Below the pieces are notes generated by a model. The model was not told where the DNA came from. It saw nothing but the letters and a program-made list of their open reading frames with translations, and made no database searches. The translations under genes and the position numbers were made by a program. A DNA stretch of 41,750 bases from an uncultured bacterium. Lineage in GTDB: Bacteria; Acidobacteriota; Blastocatellia; Pyrinomonadales; Pyrinomonadaceae. Position 1 is the first letter of the stretch. The number at the start of each line of letters is the position of its first letter. Of the stretch, positions 1-7,216 are shown piece by piece. The stretch lies in contig CBFGSN010000001.1 in the NCBI GenBank assembly GCA_965651435.1, positions 1-41,750 on the forward strand, written 5' to 3'.

Positions 1-2066
1 TTCGCCGCGGCCAAGAGTTCCTCCACGACGCGGTCGGCGTCATATACCTTTCGCAGGGCTTCCAGGATTCCGGCGGTGTGAACGGCTACGGCTCGCGAAC
101 CTTCGTCATCGGGCACATACCAATATTTATTCGAAAGCTTTTGGTTGTTGCTGTCGAAATTCAACCCGACGAGTTCCGCATTGCGGTTTATCACCGGCGA
201 ACCGGAATTGCCGCCGATCGTGTCCGCGGTATAAACGAAATTTACCGGAACCGAAAGATCTAGCCGGTCGCGGCGTTCGCGAAGCTTTGTCGAAAGCGTA
301 AAAGGAAACGCGTCCGCAAAACTAAGAGCGCGGTCATACAGGCCATAGAAGGTCGTTTTATACGGCACGAGCGTCGTGTCTTCTTCATAACCCGCGACCT
401 TTCCAAAGCTGATGCGCAGGTTGCTGTTCGCATCCGGCGGCATCGTTTTTCCGTAAACGGCGAACCGCGCTTGTGCGATCTTTATGCCGGCCGATTCCTG
501 AACGTCACGGACGTTCGCATAATACCAATCGCGTGTTTCGCGGATCATCGGTTCGATGCGGCGTGCAAGCGTTATCATCGGGTCGGTTGAATCCGCGATA
601 TTTTTCGCCGAACCTTCCAATAGCGTGCGGCGAAATTCCGGATCGTCCAGTTTTGTTTCGCGAACCGCGCGAGAGACGACCTCTTCGACCTCGGCATCGC
701 CGAACGCGGCTTTGACGAACGGATGATCCGGTCCCATCAGCTCGACCGCTTTTTTCATCCATCGCGTCAGCATGATCTCATCCAACTGCTTGTTGAATTT
801 CTGATCGGAGGTAAAGGTGCGGCGGAAACTGTCGATGCGGTCGGCACGATATTCCGGGTATCGGTCCGCTTCGGGCAAAGCCATCTGGTCGTGGTAACGC
901 ACGATCGCCGACGCGAATGTTCCGAGCCGGGCGACGTTTATGCTGCCGAAATTTACCATCGCGGCGTGTTCGGGAAGTTCGCCGTACGCCTTTTCGATGT
1001 CGGTCCACGCGGACGCATATTTCGCGTTGGCGTCGGCGTTCGCCTTCAGTTTTTCGCGAAGGTCTTTTTCCTCGGCTTCTTTGATCGCGAACATTTTCGG
1101 ATTAAGCAGGCCGTTTTCCTGGCCTTCGAGCCGTTTCAGCGCATTTGCCAACCCGCGGATGCTTCCCGCGGCTTCGCGCTGCTGGTCTTCGCCGAGCTTT
1201 CCGTATTCGATGAACGCATTGCGACGCGTTTCCCAGGAATCTTTCACCATAGGGTTGCCGAAATCGCGTTCGTAGCGAAGCTGTGCGACGGTCAAAAGCC
1301 GTTCGGTCGAACCCGGAAAACCGCTTGCAATGACGAATTCGCCGTCTTTCGGGCCGGTCGTTGACCATTTGAAATAATGCGGCGTCACGGCAGGTTTGCC
1401 GTTCTCATACGCACGCAGAAAGGTGTAATCCAGATCGTGACGCGGAAAAACGAAATTGTCGTAATCGCCGCCGAAGAACGCCGCCTGTTCTTCGGGAGCG
1501 GTGACGAGCCGTACGTCGTCATAAACCTTGAACCGATAAAGCCAGTATTCGCCGCCGCTGTACATCGAAACGACCGTGCTTCGCAAACCGGTTTTCTGTG
1601 CCGATTCTGCTTCGATGGCTTTCGCCTCTGCGGCGCGCTGTTCGCTTGCTTCGGCGGCGGTCGCGTTCGCCTTTACCGCTCCGTGGACGCGTTCCGTAAC
1701 GTTCTCATACGAAACAAGCACGCGTGCTTCGGTGCCTTCGGCTTTGAGTTCGTCGGCAAGCGTCGGTGCATAAAAACCGTTCTTCAGATAATCCTGTTCT
1801 TTTGTCGAAAGCCGCGAAATTATCCCCGAAGCCACGTGGTGATTCGTCACGATCAAACCGTTCGGCGATACGAAGCTTGCCGATCCGCCGCCGATCTTTA
1901 TCGACGCGAGCCGCGCGTTCTCCAGCCATTCGGGCGTCGGTTCAAAACCGTATATTTCCTTCCACTGTTTCAGCGGCGGATTGTCATACGTCCACATTCC
2001 TTCGTCGGCAAAAAGCGACGGTGCGAGAAGAAGAAAAAGAAGCAGTACACTGATGATTTTTTTCAT
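1..2066 (-). CDS. S46 family serine dipeptidyl-peptidase (DPP7/DPP11-like); 3' end runs off the left window edge
   Basis: Absent from the ORF track because there is no in-window stop. Hand translation of the minus strand from ATG 2066..2064 gives MKKIISVLLLFLLLAPSLFADEGMWTYDNPPLKQWKEIYGFEPTPEWLENARL...SPNGLIVTNHHVASG, with a signal peptide, the DEGMW motif and the catalytic-His TNHH motif. The same frame near the left edge reads FVYTADTIGGNSGSPVINRNAELVGLNFDSN...ALRKVYDADRVVEELLAAA, with the GGNSGSP catalytic-Ser motif. Continuity through the middle is inferred: no complete ORF is listed in this frame. Plus-strand ORFs 723..1364 and 1377..2075 are antisense shadows. Confidence 0.85.
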   Translation of the reverse strand, partial: MKKIISVLLLFLLLAPSLFADEGMWTYDNPPLKQWKEIYGFEPTPEWLENARLASIKIGGGSASFVSPNGLIVTNHHVASGIISRLSTKEQDYLKNGFYAPTLADELKAEGTEARVLVSYENVTERVHGAVKANATAAEASEQRAAEAKAIEAESAQKTGLRSTVVSMYSGGEYWLYRFKVYDDVRLVTAPEEQAAFFGGDYDNFVFPRHDLDYTFLRAYENGKPAVTPHYFKWSTTGPKDGEFVIASGFPGSTERLLTVAQLRYERDFGNPMVKDSWETRRNAFIEYGKLGEDQQREAAGSIRGLANALKRLEGQENGLLNPKMFAIKEAEEKDLREKLKANADANAKYASAWTDIEKAYGELPEHAAMVNFGSINVARLGTFASAIVRYHDQMALPEADRYPEYRADRIDSFRRTFTSDQKFNKQLDEIMLTRWMKKAVELMGPDHPFVKAAFGDAEVEEVVSRAVRETKLDDPEFRRTLLEGSAKNIADSTDPMITLARRIEPMIRETRDWYYANVRDVQESAGIKIAQARFAVYGKTMPPDANSNLRISFGKVAGYEEDTTLVPYKTTFYGLYDRALSFADAFPFTLSTKLRERRDRLDLSVPVNFVYTADTIGGNSGSPVINRNAELVGLNFDSNNQKLSNKYWYVPDDEGSRAVAVHTAGILEALRKVYDADRVVEELLAAA

Positions 2067-2113
2067 AGTCGATAAAGCGTTGGTCCTTGATAATAAAACG
2101 GTTTATAGCCGTA

Positions 2114-2131
2114 AGCTGTTAGTTTTTAGCT
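2114..2131. repeat. Copy of the dispersed intergenic motif AGCTGTTAGTTTTTAGCT
   Basis: agctgttagtttttagct overlaps the aminotransferase stop. It shares the core with copies at 3495..3518 and 20752..20789, with looser relatives at 27786..27818 and 38571..38591. Confidence 0.6.
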
Positions 2132-3322
2132 AAGCGTCGAGCGAAGTTTTTCCATCGCGCCTTCTAAGATCGCGTCTTCGCGGGCGATGCAGATGCGCAT
2201 ATGGCCGTCCCATCGGTCGGTGTCGGCGAATGCGCTGCCGGGCGTTGCTCCGACGCCGGCGTTCGCCATCAGCATTTCGTTGAAAGAGATGGCATCGTCG
2301 AACTGTTCCGGGATCCGTGCCCAAATATAGAACGCCGAACCCGAATCATAGATGCGAAATCCGAGTTCGTTCAGAGTTTCGGAAACCATACGGCGTTTTG
2401 CGTCAAATGTTTCGTGAAGCCGTTCGTAATAATTTTCGTCGGCCATCAGAACGCTGCCGAGCGCGGCCTGCAGCGGAGTTGCCGGGCAAACGTAGATGAC
2501 GTTCACGGCGTTGTTTATCGGAGCGATCAGTTCGCCTTTGCCGTAAACATAACCTAGCCGCCAGCCCGAAATATTCCACGATTTCGAGAACGAATTTACC
2601 GTGATCGTGCGGTCGAACATATCGGGCAAACTCGCGATCGGAATATGCGGCGTTTCGCCGATGACGTAATGTTCGTAAACTTCGTCAGAGATGACCAGCA
2701 GGTCGAGTTCTTTTGCGACGTCGGCGATGGCTTCGAGTTCTGTCTGCGTCAGGACTTTTCCGCTCGGGTTCGCGGGCGAACAAACGATGATCGCCTTTAG
2801 CGGATATTCGGCGCGGCCTTTCAGTTCGCGGCAGCGCGCAAGCAGAGCGTCCTTTTCGAACTGAAGATTTTCGTCGAGTTCGAAAGTCTCTGTCTGGGCT
2901 CCAAACTCCTCCAAAATTCGGCGGTGATACGGATAATACGGTTCGAAAACCAATGCAGACTTTCCGCGAAGATAGCTTTGCGCAATGCCGATCAATGCAC
3001 CGGTTCCGCCCGTCGTTATCAAAAGCTGGAACGGCCGTGCGTCCGGATCGAGGTCGATGTGGTTAAATTTTCGGACTTTGTCGGCGACGGCTTTCCGCAG
3101 GCCCGCGTCGCCTTCGCTGCCGCCGTAATGATTTCGGCTGGCTGCGATTATTTCCGCCGCCGCATCCGCGAGCCGCGGGTCTATCGGCAGTTCGGATTGT
3201 CCCTGAACCAGATTTCCGCTCGGCGGCACAAGCCGCGTTATCGCGCGAATATCCGGCCGGATCTTCTGAGATTTGGTTGTTGTCATATGTTCTAAAATAT
3301 CAGTTTTTTGAATTTTCCGCAT
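2126..3322 (-). CDS. PLP-dependent aminotransferase, class I/II (aspartate/aromatic aminotransferase-like)
   Basis: 398-aa ORF with the PLP-lysine motif SFSKSWNISGWRLGY and the ANPSGKV and DEVYEH motifs typical of fold-type I aminotransferases. An alternative start is MTTTKSQ at 3286. Confidence 0.85.
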   Translation of the reverse strand: MRKIQKTDILEHMTTTKSQKIRPDIRAITRLVPPSGNLVQGQSELPIDPRLADAAAEIIAASRNHYGGSEGDAGLRKAVADKVRKFNHIDLDPDARPFQLLITTGGTGALIGIAQSYLRGKSALVFEPYYPYHRRILEEFGAQTETFELDENLQFEKDALLARCRELKGRAEYPLKAIIVCSPANPSGKVLTQTELEAIADVAKELDLLVISDEVYEHYVIGETPHIPIASLPDMFDRTITVNSFSKSWNISGWRLGYVYGKGELIAPINNAVNVIYVCPATPLQAALGSVLMADENYYERLHETFDAKRRMVSETLNELGFRIYDSGSAFYIWARIPEQFDDAISFNEMLMANAGVGATPGSAFADTDRWDGHMRICIAREDAILEGAMEKLRSTLS

Positions 3323-3346
3323 CGGAGAATCTTAAATTCCAAATAG

Positions 3347-3401
3347 GTCAGAACCGTCTGCGGTAGCAGATGGTTAAAGTTGGGCATCACAGTCAGAACC
3401 G
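3347..3401. repeat. 10-nt direct repeat GTCAGAACCG x2 (3347..3356 and 3392..3401)
   Basis: Exact 10-mers 45 bp apart, in the spacer upstream of the minus-strand aminotransferase start. Confidence 0.7.
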
Positions 3402-3494
3402 GGAGCGATAGTGATCGGGTTCCTGTTCCCCTTCGTCTTCCGGCTCTGTGGTTTTTTAACCACTGATCAGGAAGAACAAGAAGAAAAATATAAA

Positions 3495-3518
3495 CAGTTT
3501 TTAGCTGTAAGTTTTCAG
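3495..3518. repeat. Copy of the dispersed intergenic motif (cagtttttagctgtaagttttcag)
   Basis: The first 14 nt (cagtttttagctgt) are identical to the copy at 20752..20765. Confidence 0.65.
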
Positions 3519-3535
3519 TTCGGAAGAACCCAAAA

Positions 3536-3692
3536 GAATCAATTACGAATCTCGAACTACGAATTGCAAATGCAGAAGGACACCGCCGCGAATCTGGATC
3601 TGGAATCTGAAATTGCTTTGATTCACCTTGATTCATGAATCACGGCCGCGCACAGCGAATCGAATCACAGCGGCTTCGGGCGGAGCGGATTC
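3536..3692. repeat. Dense array of GAATC / GATTC pentamers (at least 11 copies in about 160 bp)
   Basis: GAATC at 3536, 3547, 3590, 3603, 3637, 3657 and 3662. GATTC at 3620, 3630 and 3688. Near-copies GGATC at 3596 and GAATT at 3561. Chance expectation for both orientations is well under one copy. Confidence 0.85.
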
Positions 3693-3693
3693 G

Positions 3694-3722
3694 TTGACTC
3701 TTTTTATAAAGAGTAGGACAAT
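3694..3722 (+). promoter_or_regulatory. Putative sigma70-like promoter with an embedded 7-bp inverted repeat
   Basis: TTGACT (3694..3699), a 17-nt spacer, then GACAAT (3717..3722), 22 nt before the ATG at 3744. The spacer holds a perfect IR ACTCTTT (3697..3703) / AAAGAGT (3708..3714). The -10 element is weak. Confidence 0.3.
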
Positions 3723-3743
3723 TATATTTAGCGCAGAATTAAT

Positions 3744-4025
3744 ATGAGTTTTACAAAGGAAAGTGCCGCCGAGCGTGCGAAACAGGACCTTGCGGAGCGA
3801 ACGGGCATTGACGTGAATGACATTGATGTCGTTTCGATAGACGAGCGCGATTTTTCGGACATGTCGCTCGGAGCTCCGGCGGCGGATGAGATCGCGGCTC
3901 AGATGATAGCATCGGGTTGGGTGATCACGCTTTCGGCGGAAGGGAAGTCGTACGAATACCGTGCCGACAAATTTCAGCTAAGACTTTGTAATTACGATGG
4001 TTCGAATCACGTGGTGGTTTGGTAG
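3744..4025 (+). CDS. Small conserved-looking hypothetical protein (93 aa), co-transcribed with the downstream subtilase
   Basis: Clean ORF ending 32 nt upstream of the subtilase ATG. AERAKQDLAERTGIDVNDIDVVSIDERDFSDMSLGAP...YEYRAD...LRLC resembles an unnamed domain I recall beside proteases in other phyla. I cannot assign a family name. Confidence 0.6.
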   Translation: MSFTKESAAERAKQDLAERTGIDVNDIDVVSIDERDFSDMSLGAPAADEIAAQMIASGWVITLSAEGKSYEYRADKFQLRLCNYDGSNHVVVW

Positions 4026-4057
4026 CCGGACATTATTAGCATTCGGGAGCAGTATTT

Positions 4058-5491
4058 ATGAAACGCAATAATATTTGGATACATATCGGTGTGGCAGCGA
4101 TATTTGTCGCGATAGCGGCGATCCTCGGCCAGGTCGGCCGTTGGCAGAATTCGCTGAACGAATCGCGTTCGAAACAGAACGCCTCGCAGCCCGAAAAGAC
4201 ACCCAAAACCATTGCCCGGACGCGTTCGCAGAGTGAACCGGAAATTCTGGTCCGCGTTCGTCCCGGCGTCACGCGTGAGGAATTCGAACAGGCGGCATCG
4301 CGAAACAACGACCGCATCGAAGACAGCATAGAGATCGTCAGCGGACTTTATAGTGTCGATGACATGGACAACGCCGATCCGGAGGAACTTGCCGGCGAAT
4401 ATGCCCAGATGAAAGATCTGGTGATGTTCGCCGAACCGAACGCGGACATTTTTCTGGACCGGCTGGACGAGAAAACGGAAACGGTTAATGCCGTCAGCCC
4501 TTCGGCGTCCGAAGCGAACTGGCCGAACGATCCGCTGCTGCTGGAACAGTGGGCGCTGAAAAACACCGGACAGGAAGGCGGTAAAACCGGAGCCGACATC
4601 GGCGCCGAAGCCGCGTGGCAGACGACGCACGGCAGCGAAGATGTCGTCATTGCGGTTCTGGACACAGGTGTTGATTATACGCACGGCGATCTCGTTTCTA
4701 ATATGTGGTTCCGGCCCGATGACATTCCGGAATACATCGACGCCGACCTCGGAGCAATGAACGACGAACGCGGTTTTAATGCCGCCGACAATGCCGCCGA
4801 CCCGATGGACGAGAACGGCCACGGCACGCACTGCGCCGGCATAATCGGAGCCGAAGGCAACAACGGCATCGGCATTTCGGGCGTTAACTGGAACGTCAGA
4901 ATAATGCCGCTGAAATTCCTCGGACGCGGCGGATTCGGCACAACGAAAGATGCTATCGAGGCGATCAACTACGCAGTTGACCGCAAACGCAACGGCGTCA
5001 ACATACGTGTGATCAGCGCAAGCTGGGGTTCGACAAGCTATTCGCGTGCACTCGAAGACGCGATACGCGCCGCCGGCGAAGAAGGCATTCTTTTCGTCGC
5101 GGCCGCCGGAAATTCGAGCACGGATAACGACAAACGTCCGCATTATCCTTCGAACTACGATCTGCCGAACGTTATCAGCGTTGCCGCTCTCGACCGTAAC
5201 GACGAACTCGCGTCATTCTCGAATTTCGGAGCAAAAACGGTTCACGTCGCGGCTCCCGGCAAGGCGATCGTTTCTACTTGGATCAAGGACACATTCCGCG
5301 AAGCTTCGGGAACGTCGATGGCGACGCCGTACGTTTCGGGCATTGCCGCTTTGGTCATCGCATCGCACCCGAACATCAAACTCGACGATCTTCGTGAACG
5401 CCTTATTCGGTCTAACGACCGCATCGATTCGCTTAGCGGAAAGGTCGTTAGCGGCGGCCGCATCAGCGCTGCAAAAGCCTTGGGAAACTAA
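4058..5491 (+). CDS. Subtilisin-like serine protease (peptidase S8), N-terminal membrane anchor plus I9-like propeptide
   Basis: Catalytic triad motifs VAVLDTGVD (Asp), HGTHCAGIIGA (His) and GTSMATPYVSGIAAL (Ser). The N-terminus IWIHIGVAAIFVAIAAILG is a TM or signal anchor. ILVRVRPGVTREEFEQAASRNNDRIEDSIEIVSGLYSV looks like an inhibitor_I9 propeptide. Confidence 0.92.
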   Translation: MKRNNIWIHIGVAAIFVAIAAILGQVGRWQNSLNESRSKQNASQPEKTPKTIARTRSQSEPEILVRVRPGVTREEFEQAASRNNDRIEDSIEIVSGLYSVDDMDNADPEELAGEYAQMKDLVMFAEPNADIFLDRLDEKTETVNAVSPSASEANWPNDPLLLEQWALKNTGQEGGKTGADIGAEAAWQTTHGSEDVVIAVLDTGVDYTHGDLVSNMWFRPDDIPEYIDADLGAMNDERGFNAADNAADPMDENGHGTHCAGIIGAEGNNGIGISGVNWNVRIMPLKFLGRGGFGTTKDAIEAINYAVDRKRNGVNIRVISASWGSTSYSRALEDAIRAAGEEGILFVAAAGNSSTDNDKRPHYPSNYDLPNVISVAALDRNDELASFSNFGAKTVHVAAPGKAIVSTWIKDTFREASGTSMATPYVSGIAALVIASHPNIKLDDLRERLIRSNDRIDSLSGKVVSGGRISAAKALGN

Positions 5492-5558
5492 ATACCATTT
5501 GACGCAAACGCCTCACGAAAACGTTAGTCGGGAAAGCGTTGAAAAATTCATCATCTTT

Positions 5559-5594
5559 CGAAAGCCTTGTAAATACAGGGCTTTCGTCATTTTC
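5559..5594 (+). terminator. Rho-independent terminator after the subtilase gene
   Basis: The stem cgaaagccttg / cagggctttcg has 11 bp including one G-U pair. The loop is taaata and is followed by tcattttcc. Confidence 0.55.
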
Positions 5595-5674
5595 CGCGCT
5601 TTTGGCACGGCCGTTGCCCTTAGGGTAAATATGCAATGGTTGACACATTGCCAATGAACTTTAAGGAGAACTAA

Positions 5675-6226
5675 ATGAAAAAACTTGGAAATATCGCATT
5701 GCTGTCGGCACTTTCTTTATTGGTTCTGTGTTTACCGGCCGTTGCCTCGGCTCAGTGGGGCGGCTACGGCGGCTATTACGGCGGAAATATTAAGAACACC
5801 GTTCAAAACCTTAAGCATCGTGCGAAGAGTTTTGAAAGTATGACCGACCGATACTCCGACCGCTACGAGGACCGCCGCTGGCGCGGGAATTCGGCGGAAC
5901 GCATCGAAGACCTTGCCGACGATTTTTCAAAAGCAGCAGACAAACTCGAAGATAAGTACGGTAACGGCCGCAATCTCAACAACAGCCGCAGTGCTGCACA
6001 AAATGTATTAGGCATTGCATCGCGTATCGATCAAGTCCTTAACCGGGGAGGTTCACAGCAGCTGTACGGAATGTGGAACCAGATGCGCGGCGAACTCAAC
6101 ATCATCGCCCGCACGTACGGACTGCGATATTCCGGCGGCCGTATTATGAACCGTCCGAATAATTATCCCAATAACCGCAATCGTCGGAATAATAATCGGC
6201 GGATAAGGCTTCCTTTCCCGTTCTAA
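5675..6226 (+). CDS. Secreted hypothetical protein with a Gly/Tyr-rich N-terminus and an Asn/Arg-rich C-terminus
   Basis: A strong SD (aaggaga) lies 7 nt upstream. The signal peptide is MKKLGNIALLSALSLLVLCLPAVASA. It is followed by QWGGYGGYYGG and a C-terminal NRPNNYPNNRNRRNNNRR tail. No family recognised. Confidence 0.65.
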   Translation: MKKLGNIALLSALSLLVLCLPAVASAQWGGYGGYYGGNIKNTVQNLKHRAKSFESMTDRYSDRYEDRRWRGNSAERIEDLADDFSKAADKLEDKYGNGRNLNNSRSAAQNVLGIASRIDQVLNRGGSQQLYGMWNQMRGELNIIARTYGLRYSGGRIMNRPNNYPNNRNRRNNNRRIRLPFPF

Positions 6227-6253
6227 AGGGAAGGAAATGAACAAGGGGGAAAA

Positions 6254-6286
6254 GGCCCGGGAACATCACGTCTCCGGGCCGTTTTC
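6254..6286 (+). terminator. Rho-independent terminator
   Basis: Stem ggcccgg (6254..6260) / ccgggcc (6274..6280), followed by gttttcg. Confidence 0.6.
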
Positions 6287-6332
6287 GCGCCGGCGGTTTA
6301 CGCTGCGGCGAGGAAAGCGTTAAGATGCAGGA

Positions 6333-7160
6333 ATGTCAGGTACGCTCTATATTGTCGCGACGCCGATCGGCAATCTGAAGGACATAACGGTGCGGGCGAT
6401 GGATGTTCTGCGAGACGTCGATTTCATCGCATGCGAAGATACGCGGCACACGCGAAAACTCCTGAACGCGCTTGATATCAGCAAAAAGCTCATCAGCTAT
6501 CACGAACACAACGAAGCCGAACGAGCGACAGAGATCGTCGGTTCTCTCACGTCCGGTCAGGATGTCGCGGTCGTATCGGATGCCGGAACGCCCGGAATAA
6601 ACGATCCCGGATTTCGCATCGTGCGTGCGGCGATCGAGGCAGACGTTCCGGTCGTTCCGGTGCCCGGCCCGGCGGCTTTTGTGAACGCGGTGATCGTTTC
6701 GGGGCTGGCGACTGATTCGATATTTTTCGGCGGATTTCTGCCGGCAAAAAAACAGGCTCGGCAAAAGCGCCTGAAAGAAGTGCGGGAAATTCCGGCGACG
6801 CTTGTTTTTTACGAAACGCCGCGTAGGCTGCTGCGGTCGTTGGAAGATTGCATCGAGCTGCTTGGGAACCGCAATGCCGCCATTTCGCGGGAACTTACTA
6901 AGCTTCATGAGGAAACGGTTCGCGGCAAACTTGCGGAGACCCTTGCTTATTTTGAGGCGAACGCTCCGCGCGGCGAATTTGTCATTTGCATTGAACAAGC
7001 CGGCGAAGGCGAAACCTCGCCCGGTGATAAAACGCTGGCCGAGCGCGTTGCCGAAATAGAATCGGAAACCGGTGACCGCAAAGCCGCGCTTAAACAGGCG
7101 GCGAAGGAATTTGGCCTCGCAAGATCCGAAGCGTATCGGATACTTCAATCCGAAAAATAA
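6333..7160 (+). CDS. rsmI: 16S rRNA (cytidine1402-2'-O)-methyltransferase
   Basis: LYIVATPIGNLKDITVRA, FIACEDTRHTRKLL, VSDAGTPGINDPG and the length (275 aa) are typical of RsmI (tetrapyrrole-methylase fold). Confidence 0.9.
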   Translation: MSGTLYIVATPIGNLKDITVRAMDVLRDVDFIACEDTRHTRKLLNALDISKKLISYHEHNEAERATEIVGSLTSGQDVAVVSDAGTPGINDPGFRIVRAAIEADVPVVPVPGPAAFVNAVIVSGLATDSIFFGGFLPAKKQARQKRLKEVREIPATLVFYETPRRLLRSLEDCIELLGNRNAAISRELTKLHEETVRGKLAETLAYFEANAPRGEFVICIEQAGEGETSPGDKTLAERVAEIESETGDRKAALKQAAKEFGLARSEAYRILQSEK

Positions 7161-7193
7161 AAATGCGGCCGCACCATGTTCCGGCGCGGCCGC
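7153..7193 (-). terminator. Terminator hairpin for the minus-strand M28 peptidase gene
   Basis: Self-complementary GCGGCCGC arms at 7165..7172 and 7186..7193. On the minus strand they are followed by atttttatttttcg, which overlaps the rsmI stop. Confidence 0.5.
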
Positions 7194-7216
7194 GATCCAT
7201 CTAGAATAACGATCAT

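Noticed and set aside
723-2075. Long plus-strand ORFs 723..1364 (213 aa) and 1377..2075 (232 aa)
   Set aside because: They lie antisense to the well-supported S46 peptidase reading frame. Their composition is Arg/Phe-rich and low in complexity, with no motifs. They are typical shadow ORFs.
3292-3638. ORFs 3411..3638 (+, 75 aa) and 3292..3636 (-, 114 aa) in the long spacer
   Set aside because: Both run through the GAATC repeat array and the dispersed motif. The minus-strand ORF overlaps the aminotransferase start. There is no SD and codon use is atypical. I keep them as unlikely rather than impossible.
3999-4008. tRNA T-loop-like GGTTCGAATC
   Set aside because: It lies inside the 93-aa CDS (encoding DGSNH). 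The flanking bases do not form a T-stem or acceptor stem. No tRNA cloverleaf could be built here or at the similar string near 8960.
4007-5143. 378-aa minus-strand ORF antisense to the subtilase gene, plus other nested ORFs at 4036..4329, 4348..4665, 4675..4968 and 5046..5657
   Set aside because: The plus-strand frame carries an unambiguous S8 catalytic triad. The antisense product is Arg/Val/Phe-rich with no recognisable features.
6336-7148. 270-aa minus-strand ORF covering rsmI
   Set aside because: It is an antisense shadow of rsmI, with an Arg-rich nonsense-like sequence.
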